From Acidimicrobiia bacterium (GTDB lineage: Bacteria; Actinomycetota; Acidimicrobiia; Spongiisociales; ZC4RG35): a stretch of 64,000 nt of DNA. The notes beneath the pieces were generated by a model. That model was not told the DNA's origin. It worked only from the letters and a program-made list of their open reading frames with translations, and searched no databases. This document shows, piece by piece, positions 8,932 to 17,687 of this stretch; positions within the stretch are counted from its first letter, which is position 1; each line of letters opens with the position of its first letter. The DNA is taken from NCBI GenBank assembly GCA_026002975.1, contig BPGJ01000008.1, positions 35,754 to 99,753 on the forward strand, read 5' to 3'. The position numbers and the translations under genes are program-made.

Positions 8932-9364
8932 TTTGCAGGGTTCCCACCATCCCGGCTGCGAAGTGACCCGGAACGGTGCAGATCACACGATATGTGCCGG
9001 GAGGAAGGTCCAAGGTCTGCGTTTCGGTGGCGCCGGGCTGGACGTCGACCGCCAACACGACCAGATCAGGCGAGAGCTGTTCGATGGTTTCGACAGGCCG
9101 GGAGAGCACGGTCCAGTCGTGCTGGACCGTGCCGACGTTACGGAATGCGACCAGGTCGCCGGAGGTGACGACGACCTCGCTCGGAGAAAAAGCGAACTCC
9201 CGAAGGGTGATGGTGACGACTGGCTCGTGTAGTTCCAAGGTGGTGTGTGTGATTTCACCGGCTTGAGAGCACGACCCCACTACCAGAGCCCACATCACTG
9301 TGATCCGGGTGAGGACACGCTGGCAGATACCGAAAGTTCGAAGCTGCCGCCCGGCAGTCCTCAT
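8900..9364 (-). CDS. cupredoxin (type-1 copper, plastocyanin/azurin-like) lipoprotein
   Basis: The signal peptide has a lipobox (WALVVGSC). The copper ligand set is ..VQHDW.. and ..VICTVPGHFAAGM... It converges on the polyferredoxin gene with a 32-nt overlap. Confidence 0.75.
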   Translation of the reverse strand: MRTAGRQLRTFGICQRVLTRITVMWALVVGSCSQAGEITHTTLELHEPVVTITLREFAFSPSEVVVTSGDLVAFRNVGTVQHDWTVLSRPVETIEQLSPDLVVLAVDVQPGATETQTLDLPPGTYRVICTVPGHFAAGMVGTLQINGSEGTGAR

Positions 9365-9467
9365 GATGGCGAACGAGATTAGAGGCTCCCCTCACGGTGA
9401 GGCGGGACCGTAAGCGTGTCACACCCCTACGTCATGATGGAAGCGTGGTCTACCAGAGGGACCGGAT

Positions 9468-10498
9468 ATGACCGTCGAAGTGGTGCTTCTCGTCGTGGTG
9501 GCTGCTGTTCTGGCCGGTGCCGGGGTAGTGGTGGCGGTGCTGCTCCGCTCCCGGCGGAACGCCCCGGCTGCCGAGCCGTCCCCGTTCGACGCGGCGGCGG
9601 CCCGGATCGTTGGAGCTCGCCAGCCGGCTCGAGTCGATCGAACGGACCGTGACCAGCCAGCGGGCGGTCCTCGAAGACCAGGTGCGGGGGATCGACCGCA
9701 AGGTGGGCGACATCGCTCCAGCTCTTCACCAACGACCGGGCCCGGGGCAACTGGGGGGAGATCTCCCTCCTCCGCATCTTCGAGCTCGGCCAGCTCTGCG
9801 AGGGGAGGGACTTCGCGGTCCAGGTTCACCGTTGGGCAACGGGTCCGTGGCCGACGCGGTCGTCTACCTGCCTGGTGCGACCGGAGGAGTCGTGATCGAC
9901 GCCAAGTTCCCCGTCGCGCGATATCTGGAGGCCCTAGCTGTTGAAGATCCGGAAGATCGGAGCCCGCCTGCTGTCGGCCCAGGCCAAGGAGCTGGAACGG
10001 GTCGGCAAGGAGCTGGTCAAGCGGGGCTACGCCGACTACGCCTCGGGCGGGTACGTGGTCATGTACCTCCCGTCCCAGGCGGTGTACGAGGCCGCCGCCG
10101 AGAACTGCCCTGACGTGATCGAGAGTCTGCTGGCGGCGCGAGTCGTGGTCGCCGGACCGACCGCCCTCTACGCCCTGGTGGCCAACGTCGCCGCCCTCCT
10201 CACCGAACATCGGGCGATTCGCCAGGCCGACGAGATTCTTCAGCAGGCCCGGGAGCTGCACCGGCGGATGGGTACTTTCCTGGGTCATCTCTGCAGTTTG
10301 GGCACCCATCTGCAGCGGGCGGTGGGTGCTTACAACCAGGCGGCCGGGTCGTGGGAGAGGCGGCTGTCGCCCCAGCTCGAACGGATGGTGGAGCTGACCG
10401 GTCTGGGGTCCTTGGAGGCTCCGGAAAGGGTCGAGGAACCAGTCCGGGAGTTCTCTACCACCTATCCCAGGCTGGCAACGGGAAGCGAAGGACGATGA
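9468..10498 (+). pseudogene. rmuC: DNA recombination protein RmuC, disrupted by at least four frame changes
   Basis: RmuC-like segments lie in alternating frames. The N-terminal TM helix starts at 9468. A coiled coil (ELASRLESIERTV...) is in the frame of ORF 9610. NDRARGNWGEISLLRIFELGQLCEGRDFAVQV at 9731-9826 is in a third frame. ADAVVYLPGATGGVVIDAKFPVARYLEAL from 9850 is back in the 9610 frame. The C-terminal half (YVVMYLPSQAVYEAA...VVVAGPTALYALV...) is in ORF 9941..10498. Confidence 0.75.
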
Positions 10499-10501
10499 CG
10501 G

Positions 10502-10852
10502 TCAGGATCCCAGCTTCAGGACCATGGCGGCGAGCACCAGCGTAAGCAGGGCGATGTGGGAGACGTGGAACAAGGCCCGTTTCGTTTCGGCCTGCTGGAC
10601 GAGGTCTGGGTTCCCGGCGGCCATGGCCTCTCCGGTTCGTTGGTCCAGTTTGCGGCCGTACGTGGAGTTGCTCACCGCCGAATAGATCCACACCACCAGG
10701 CCCAACATCACGAACCCGTCGGTGAAACCAAAGGCACCCGACATGGCAACCAGTCCGGCCCCGGTGAGCAGAGTCGACACCGCCACGGGGGCGAAGTAGG
10801 TGTTGCCGAGTGCCTGAGTAACGGTCATCCAGGTTTCGGGGGTCGACCCCAA
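10502..10852 (-). CDS. DUF2269-like integral membrane protein, apparently N-terminally truncated
   Basis: It has three hydrophobic segments and ends in ..VLAAMVLKLGS, typical of the family tail. The first helix or helices seem to be missing. The only upstream starts are TTG 10852 and ATG 10828. Confidence 0.5.
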   Translation of the reverse strand: MGSTPETWMTVTQALGNTYFAPVAVSTLLTGAGLVAMSGAFGFTDGFVMLGLVVWIYSAVSNSTYGRKLDQRTGEAMAAGNPDLVQQAETKRALFHVSHIALLTLVLAAMVLKLGS

Positions 10853-11234
10853 CCTCCGGGGCCTCCTCGATCGCGTGCCGTAGCTGACCCGCGTCGCCCA
10901 CCCGCTCTTTCAGGAGATAGGCGAGTCCGTCGGCGCCGTCGGCGAACAACGCCACCGCCAATCCCGGTTCCAGGTACTGGGAGAGGACCACCACTCCGAT
11001 GGAAGGGTGCCGGCGTCGGATGTCCAGCGCCGCCCTCACCCCCTCGTCGGTGCGGGTGGGCGGCATCCGGATGTCGGTCACGACGACATCGGGGCGGTGT
11101 CGGTCCACCGCGTCGAGGAGTTCGTCGTAGGTCTCGACCGCCGAGCAGACCCGATAGCCGAGCCCTTCGAGGAGGGTACGGAGACCCTCCCGAACCACCA
11201 TGGCGTCCTCGGCGATCACGATGCTGTCGGCCAC
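10853..11234 (-). CDS. response regulator receiver domain (NarL/LuxR-type REC); output HTH domain missing
   Basis: GTG 11234. The translation VADSIVIAEDAMVVREGLRTLLEGLGYRVCSAVETYDELLDAVDRHRPDVVVTDIRMPP...VVVLSQY...GLAYLLKERV is a clear REC domain. After about residue 125 the frame runs as Arg-rich nonsense through the DUF2269 gene to a stop at 10455. Confidence 0.7.
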
Positions 11235-11279
11235 CGACCGAACCCTAACCTCGGTGGTTCCGGATAGCCTGCTTCGGGG

Positions 11280-12146
11280 ATGGAAACCCTCCGGGAAGTC
11301 GTTTCCTCCGCCCGCCGGCTCGTGGTGCCGGGCGACGGTGTCGACCTGGCGGTCCTGGTCTGGCCGGGTGACGGAGACGTGGTGGTCTTCGCCCACCCCA
11401 CCGGGTTCCACAAGGAGATCTGGGCTGCCACGGTGCGTGCACTTCGGGCGGCGGGGTGCGGCGGCACTCTGGTGGCGGTCGACCTGCGGGGCCACGGTGA
11501 CACCCCCCGGCCGGCCGTTCCCCCCGACGTGTGGGGCTACGCGTCGGATGTCGGGTCGGTGGCCGCGAGATTCACCCGGGAGGCGGAACGGAAGGTCGGA
11601 GTGGGACACTCGTTGGGCGGGATGGCGGTGACCGCGGCGCAGATCCGCTACCGCTGCTTCGACCGGCTGGTCTTGATCGACCCGGCGCTTATCTCCCCCG
11701 ACCGGGCCGCCGAGGTGGCCGCCGACAACATGTGGGCGGAGTCGGCTCGCCGGAGGCGACCCGCCTTCCCCAGCCGGGACGACGCCTACCTGACGTATCG
11801 ACACAAGCCCGTGTTCGCCGATTGGCCCGACGAGATGCTCGCCCTCTACGTCGACTACGGATTCTCGGCCCGGGATGGGGTCTGGGCCCTGAAGTGCGAC
11901 CCGGATTGGGAAGCCGCCACCTTCTCCCAGCCGTCCTTCCCCGAGGTTTGGAGGGCCGCCCGAGGGCTGGACGTCCCGACCACGCTGATCACCGCGGGGC
12001 GTTCCCCCACCCATCCCCCCGATGTGGCGGAGTCGACCGCCCGCCACCTCGACGCCAGGCACGTGCGGTTGGAGGATCGAGGGCACTTCGTGCCGATGGA
12101 GGCGCCCGAGGTGGTCGCCGACGCGGTGATCGACGCCCTCTCCTGA
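11280..12146 (+). CDS. alpha/beta hydrolase fold protein
   Basis: 288 aa. It shows an HPTGFH oxyanion region, the nucleophile elbow GVGHSLGG, and a C-terminal ..RGHFVPMEAPE.. histidine motif. Confidence 0.8.
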   Translation: METLREVVSSARRLVVPGDGVDLAVLVWPGDGDVVVFAHPTGFHKEIWAATVRALRAAGCGGTLVAVDLRGHGDTPRPAVPPDVWGYASDVGSVAARFTREAERKVGVGHSLGGMAVTAAQIRYRCFDRLVLIDPALISPDRAAEVAADNMWAESARRRRPAFPSRDDAYLTYRHKPVFADWPDEMLALYVDYGFSARDGVWALKCDPDWEAATFSQPSFPEVWRAARGLDVPTTLITAGRSPTHPPDVAESTARHLDARHVRLEDRGHFVPMEAPEVVADAVIDALS

Positions 12147-12549
12147 GACCGGGCGCCAACCGGGGGCGGCATCCGCCCATACCGGCAGGTGATCGTCCAC
12201 CGTCACCGTGGACGGCCCGGCCACGACCGCCGAGGGGCAGGGTGGCGGTGGTGTCGGGGACCGTGACCGTGGTGACCTCGGCAGGTCCCGCCCTCACCGT
12301 GGCCGATTCGCCCCCTCGGCCGGATCCTGGTCGACGACCAGGGTTTCATCGTCTACTCGTTCCTTCTCGACTCTCAGGGCGAGCCGATCATGGGCGGCTG
12401 AGCCGCGAAAGGCCCGGCGCACCCAAGCCGTGCAATCGCTTGCATGCCTCGGGTGGCCGCTGTAGCCTCGTCCGGTAGATGGTTCGTCCGGGGCAGGCTC
12501 GACATCGGGAGATCGGCGAGGGAATGACCTTCGACGTGGGGGTTTCGGC

Positions 12550-13728
12550 GTGAGCAGGCTGGCGGTGCGGGCCGGATGGCTGTTGAGTCTCGACCGCCAG
12601 GTGGGCAACCACCGGAACGGTGGAGTCCTGATCGAAGACGGGCGAATCGTCGAGGTCGGACCCGACGTGAGACCTCGGGGAGCCGAGCTGATCGATGTGC
12701 CCGACGGGATCCTCATCCCCGGATTCGTCGACTCGCACCGACACGTCTGGGAGGCGGCCCACAGACACGTCCTGACCGGGTCTCTCGACTCGGCACCCCA
12801 ACCACCCTCGGATCCCGAGCAGGTGTACCGGGCCACCCTCGTCGGGCTCCTCGGTTCGCTCGAAGCCGGCGTCACCACCGTGGTCGACCACGTCGACCTC
12901 CCACCCGAATATCTGGAAGCGGTGACCCAGGCGCACCGTGACGGGGGAGTCCGTACCGTCCTCGCTACGGAACCCGACACCCCGACACCCGACCTCCCCC
13001 CAGATACGACCGCCGCGGCCGCCCTCCCAGGAAGTGCCGACGCCGCCTCGGCGTGGCAGGCGGCCCGGCGGCGGGGAGCGAGGATCCACACCCATCTCGG
13101 TTCTGACCCCTCCCACCGAGGGCAGGCCGCCGCCCTGGCCCGAGCCGGCCTGCTAGGCCCCGACGTCACCGTGGCTCATCCCGTACACCTCGACTCGACC
13201 GACTTCGCGGCGATCGGATCGGCCGGCGGGTCGGTGGCGGTGGCCGCCCAAGCCGAGATGGCGGCCGGGTTGGGCAACCCGCCGATGCAGGAGATGATCG
13301 ACCACGGAGTGGGGATCGGACTGGCGGTCGGCTCGGAACGGTTCGCCCCACCCGACCTGTTCGCGGCGATGCGGGCCGCGATCTCGGTTCAGCACGCCGT
13401 CCACTTCGACCTCAAGCTGGCGGGCAAGGGTGGGCTCCCCAGCCTGATGACCACCCGGGACGTGATCCGCTACGCCACCGTAGGCGGGGCGGTGGCGGCG
13501 GGCCTCGGGGAGACTTGCGGCAGCATCACCCCGGGAAAGGCAGCCGACCTGGTGGTACTCCGCACAGACCTCCCCAACATCCATCCCATAAACGACCCGA
13601 TCGGCGCGGTGGTGTGGGGCATGGACACCTTCAACGTGGGTTGGGTGTTGGTGGGCGGCCGTCGGATGGTCGAGGACGGGGGGCTGGTGTCTCCGGTCGC
13701 GGTTCCGGTCTCGGAGGGGAGCAGATGA
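12550..13728 (+). CDS. amidohydrolase superfamily enzyme (cytosine/guanine-deaminase or chlorohydrolase-like subgroup)
   Basis: GTG 12550. The N-terminal beta-sandwich region reads (GVLIEDGRIVEVG), followed by the metal motif ILIPGFVDSHRHVWEA. The stop overlaps the next start (ATGA at 13725). Confidence 0.8.
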   Translation: MSRLAVRAGWLLSLDRQVGNHRNGGVLIEDGRIVEVGPDVRPRGAELIDVPDGILIPGFVDSHRHVWEAAHRHVLTGSLDSAPQPPSDPEQVYRATLVGLLGSLEAGVTTVVDHVDLPPEYLEAVTQAHRDGGVRTVLATEPDTPTPDLPPDTTAAAALPGSADAASAWQAARRRGARIHTHLGSDPSHRGQAAALARAGLLGPDVTVAHPVHLDSTDFAAIGSAGGSVAVAAQAEMAAGLGNPPMQEMIDHGVGIGLAVGSERFAPPDLFAAMRAAISVQHAVHFDLKLAGKGGLPSLMTTRDVIRYATVGGAVAAGLGETCGSITPGKAADLVVLRTDLPNIHPINDPIGAVVWGMDTFNVGWVLVGGRRMVEDGGLVSPVAVPVSEGSR

Positions 13729-14780
13729 CCGCCCCGGCGGTGCCCCGGTCCCCGGTGACCACCCTGGTGGTGGCGTCCCGGTACGTGCCGGTCTACCTGG
13801 CCATCGGGGTCCTGGTGGTGTTCGCCTCGATCTGGGCGCCCGCCACGTTGTCCGGTGCCGGCCTGAACGCCATCGCCCCCTTCGGGACCTTCCTGGCGAT
13901 CACCGCCCTCGGCCAGATGCTGGTGGTGATGACCGGCGGCATCGATCTCAGCACCCCGGGGACGTTCACCCTCGCCGCCCTCCTCATGGTGGGAGTGGGT
14001 CAGGTCTCGGACGCCCGGATCCCCCTCGCCTTGGCCACCATCGCCGGGGTCGCGGGGTTGATCGGACTGGTCAACGGGCTGCTCATCGGGGGTCTCAAAC
14101 TGAACCCGCTCATCGTGACGTTGGCCGTGGGACAGATCGTCAACGGGGTGGTCAGTCGCTACTACACCACCATCGCCATCCAGTCTCCGGTTCCCCGCGG
14201 ACTGTCCGAATGGACCTCGACCCGGTTCCTGGGGATCACCCGTATCTTCTGGGTAGGGGTGGCCCTCACTCTGGTCTTGATGCTCACCTTCCGCTACACG
14301 AGCCTGGGACGTCGCTTCCAAGCGGTGGGCGCCAACCCGGTGGCGGCGGGTGTGGTGGGACTCCGGGTCAGCTTCTACCAGACCGCGGCGTACGTGGCCG
14401 CGGCCCTGCTCTACGCGGTCGCCGGGGTGTTGTTCGCCTCCTTCCTGCGGATGCCCGGGGTGACGATCGGAGCTCCCTACCTGCTGGGTCCGATCGCCGC
14501 AGTGGTGATCGGAGGAGCTTCCCTCACCGGCGGACTGGCCAGCTCGCTCTCGACTTGGTCGGCTGCCTTCTTCCTGGCGGGTCTCAATCAGGCCATGCGG
14601 GTGATGGGGTTACCCACCGCCCTGCAGTTCGTCGTGTTCGGGCTGGTCATCGTGAGCGGCATGCTGGTGTCGGGGGACCGGATCACCAAAGCCGTCGAGC
14701 GGATCATACGGACCCGGCGGACCGAGGTTTCCACTTCGAACACAGATGGGCAACCAACGGAGGAGAGCTATGCGCCCTAG
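13725..14780 (+). CDS. ABC transporter permease (RbsC/branched sugar-type, about 10 TM)
   Basis: ATG 13725 overlaps the upstream stop. The protein is hydrophobic and carries the ..LGQMLVVMTGGIDLSTPG.. motif typical of this permease family. Confidence 0.85.
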   Translation: MTAPAVPRSPVTTLVVASRYVPVYLAIGVLVVFASIWAPATLSGAGLNAIAPFGTFLAITALGQMLVVMTGGIDLSTPGTFTLAALLMVGVGQVSDARIPLALATIAGVAGLIGLVNGLLIGGLKLNPLIVTLAVGQIVNGVVSRYYTTIAIQSPVPRGLSEWTSTRFLGITRIFWVGVALTLVLMLTFRYTSLGRRFQAVGANPVAAGVVGLRVSFYQTAAYVAAALLYAVAGVLFASFLRMPGVTIGAPYLLGPIAAVVIGGASLTGGLASSLSTWSAAFFLAGLNQAMRVMGLPTALQFVVFGLVIVSGMLVSGDRITKAVERIIRTRRTEVSTSNTDGQPTEESYAP

Positions 14781-16113
14781 AACCATGACACTGATCGCCG
14801 TATTGGCGATCGTCGCGGCGGCGTGCACCGGTGACGTCACCGCCACCACCACCACGGCGGGGGGTGGAGCGACCACCACCGCGCCGCCCCAGACGACCAC
14901 CACCGCGCCGCCCCAGACCACTACCACCGAAGGTGGGGACGCCAGCAACCCGCTGGCGGCTTATGGGGAGACGACCGACGCCGACCCCGCCCTGATCCAG
15001 AAGGCGATGGGCCCGGTCACCGACGTCCCCGACATCGTCCTGGCGGCCGTCGCCCGAGCCAAACAGGATCTGGACGAGGAGACCATCCAGAAGGCGATCG
15101 ACTGCTTCAACAAGGGGAGCAGCGCCGAGTGCGACACAGGCACCGGCGGCGAGGTGATCATGGGGTACGCCGACGGCGGCGGCCTCAACGTGTGGCGCCA
15201 GGTCACCCGGATGGAAGCGATCCTCCAGGCCCTCACCTATCCGGAGATCGGAACCATGGTGTTCCGGGACGCCCAGTGGAACCCCGACCCGGCGGTGGCG
15301 GCCGGCGACATCAGGTTCCTGATCGAACGCGGCGTCACCTTCATCATCGGGTACCCCGACCAGGGTGTCGCGATCGCCGACGCCATCCTCGAGGCGGAAG
15401 CCGCCGGCATCCCATACGTGCCCTACTCGGCCGGCTGGGTGGGGCTGCCCGGTCAGGAAGGGGCTCTCATCCCCGGGGAGGACTACCTGACCATCGTCGG
15501 CGAGGACCTCTGCAAACTCGGGACGGACTTCGCCGGCATCATGAACCAGTACGTCGGGTCGGGCACCATCGGCGTCCTCGGCGGAACACCGGGCAACGCC
15601 CTGTCGGTCGGCTGGCAGCAATGTGAGCTGGAGGCCCTCAACGACTCGATCGAGGTGCTCGGACCGGCCGACACCTTCTGGGTGAACGACGTCGCGCTCC
15701 AGGTGGTGCTGGGGTGGCTCTCCACCAACCCGGACATCGCCGGCTACAGCTACGAGTACGCCGACGGTCTGTACACCGCCCTCGACGCGTACGAGCAGCT
15801 CGGGGTTCCCCTCGACGACCTGATCGTCACGGTCAGGACCGACGAGCAGACCCTGTTCTGCGACTGGGCGGAGAGGGACAACCCCAACTACCGGATCTTC
15901 TACACCGGAGGGGGCAACTTCCAGTCCCGGGTGGCGGTGACCGCCCAGATGCTCAACCTGAAGGGCTACGAGATACCGCCCCAGATAGTGGTGCCCCACG
16001 TGATGCGTGAGGTGACCAAAGACGACTGCAACCCGAACCGGGTCACCCCCACTGTGTCGGGTACTTCGCTGGTGCCCGACGAGGTGCTGGCCCTCATGTA
16101 CCCGAATCAGTGA
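14770..16113 (+). CDS. ABC transporter substrate-binding lipoprotein with Thr/Pro-rich tether
   Basis: ATG 14770 follows GGAGGAG. The lipobox reads LAIVAAAC. A T/P-rich linker is followed by a periplasmic-binding-protein-like body. Confidence 0.75.
   Translation: MRPRTMTLIAVLAIVAAACTGDVTATTTTAGGGATTTAPPQTTTTAPPQTTTTEGGDASNPLAAYGETTDADPALIQKAMGPVTDVPDIVLAAVARAKQDLDEETIQKAIDCFNKGSSAECDTGTGGEVIMGYADGGGLNVWRQVTRMEAILQALTYPEIGTMVFRDAQWNPDPAVAAGDIRFLIERGVTFIIGYPDQGVAIADAILEAEAAGIPYVPYSAGWVGLPGQEGALIPGEDYLTIVGEDLCKLGTDFAGIMNQYVGSGTIGVLGGTPGNALSVGWQQCELEALNDSIEVLGPADTFWVNDVALQVVLGWLSTNPDIAGYSYEYADGLYTALDAYEQLGVPLDDLIVTVRTDEQTLFCDWAERDNPNYRIFYTGGGNFQSRVAVTAQMLNLKGYEIPPQIVVPHVMREVTKDDCNPNRVTPTVSGTSLVPDEVLALMYPNQ
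14872..14919. repeat. 2 x 24-bp tandem repeat inside the SBP linker (encodes TTTAPPQT twice)
   Basis: ACCACCACCGCGCCGCCCCAGAC(G/C) occurs at 14872-14895 and 14896-14919, with 23 of 24 positions identical. Confidence 0.85.
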
Positions 16114-17687
16114 CCGACCGATCGGACGGACGGGTGGTCCTCGAACTGACGGGCGTGTCCCGTCAGTTCGGGGCCGTCCGTGCCCTAACCGACGTCGACT
16201 TCGACTGTCGGGCCGGGGAGGTCCACGCCCTGGTCGGGGAGAACGGATCGGGGAAGTCAACCCTGTTGGGGATCGCTTCGGGATTCGTCGAACCCGACCG
16301 CGGGTCGGTGCGTATCGACGGTCAGCCCCTACGCACCGACTCGCCGGCCCTGGCCCGGAAACTGGGATTGGCGATGGCCTACCAGGACGGCTCGGCGATC
16401 CTGGCCGAACCGGTCAAGAACAACCTGTACCTGGCGGCGCCGCCCGAGCGGCGTCCTCCCTACTGGAGGCGCAAGAAGTGGGCTCGGCAGCTCCTTCTCG
16501 AGTTCGACCTGGATATCGAGCTCTTCCCCGACGTCCCGGTTGGCTTCCTCACCTTCGCCGAACGGCAGCTGTTCGAGGTGGCCAAGGCGTTGGTCACCGA
16601 ACCGAAGGTCCTACTCCTCGACGAGCCGACCACCGCTCTCGGCCCTCACGAGGTGGAAGCCCTCCACCGCACCGTGGTCGCCTGTAGGAGAGAGGGAATG
16701 GGTGTCGTCTACGTGAGTCACCGCCTCCCCGAGGTGCTGGAGATCGCCGACCGTGTGACGGTCCTCCGGGACGGCCGCAACGTCGGGACCTTCGACGCCC
16801 GGGAAGTCAGCGAACCCGAGCTGGTCTCGTTGATCGTGGGCCGGCCGTTCGAGGCGGCCTTCCCGGTGGCTTCGCCTCGCTACCAGCGCCGGGAGGAGGT
16901 CTTGGTGGTCGACGGTCTCCAGGGTCAGACCTTCGGGCCCGTCTCCTTCACCCTCGAGACGGGGGAGATCGTCGGGGTGGCGGGGGCGGAGGGGAATGGC
17001 CAGCAGCAGCTGTTCGACACCCTGGCGGGGAGAACGCCTCCCAAGGCGGGCCGGGTCGACTGCCGCGGCAAGGACCTGGCGCTGATCTCCACCCACGGCA
17101 CGGTGGAGTCGGGGATCATGCTCCTACCGGGCGACCGGAAGCGTGAAGCGCTGATGACGGTGCTGGGAGTGAGAGCCAACGCGACCATCCAATCGCTGCG
17201 ACGTTTCGCGGCGGCTGGCGTGCTGCGACGGCGGCTCGAGCGCCGTACCGTGGCCGAGTTGGTTCACCGACTGTCGATCAGGACCCCGTCGTTGGAACAG
17301 CCCGTCGAGTTCCTGTCGGGCGGCAACCAGCAGAAGGTGTCGGTGTCGAGGACCTTCCTCAGGGAACCTGCGGTGATCCTCGCCTATGAACCGACCCAGG
17401 GAGTCGACGTGGGGTCCCGCTTCGACATCTACCAGGCTCTGCGGATGAAAGCCGACGAAGGAGCCGCGGTGCTGGTCAAGTCGTCGGACCCGTTGGAGTT
17501 GGCCGGCCTGTGCGACCGGGTGCTGGTCATGTCCCGGGGGCAGATCACAGAGGAGATCCCCGGGGACGAGTTGGACGAACACCGCATCGTCGAGGCGATC
17601 GTGCGGGGCCCCGGTCGCTCCCGCTCGGCGAGGAGCCCACTGGGTGTGGCCATGCCGAAGGCGCCGTCTCAGGTCGGGAGCCCATGA
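16110..17687 (+). CDS. ABC transporter ATP-binding protein, tandem two-domain (RbsA/MglA-like)
   Basis: Walker A GENGSGKST, Walker B LLLDEPT and a second signature LSGGNQQKV. 525 aa. The start (GTGA) and stop (ATGA) both overlap neighbouring genes. Confidence 0.9.
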   Translation: MTDRSDGRVVLELTGVSRQFGAVRALTDVDFDCRAGEVHALVGENGSGKSTLLGIASGFVEPDRGSVRIDGQPLRTDSPALARKLGLAMAYQDGSAILAEPVKNNLYLAAPPERRPPYWRRKKWARQLLLEFDLDIELFPDVPVGFLTFAERQLFEVAKALVTEPKVLLLDEPTTALGPHEVEALHRTVVACRREGMGVVYVSHRLPEVLEIADRVTVLRDGRNVGTFDAREVSEPELVSLIVGRPFEAAFPVASPRYQRREEVLVVDGLQGQTFGPVSFTLETGEIVGVAGAEGNGQQQLFDTLAGRTPPKAGRVDCRGKDLALISTHGTVESGIMLLPGDRKREALMTVLGVRANATIQSLRRFAAAGVLRRRLERRTVAELVHRLSIRTPSLEQPVEFLSGGNQQKVSVSRTFLREPAVILAYEPTQGVDVGSRFDIYQALRMKADEGAAVLVKSSDPLELAGLCDRVLVMSRGQITEEIPGDELDEHRIVEAIVRGPGRSRSARSPLGVAMPKAPSQVGSP

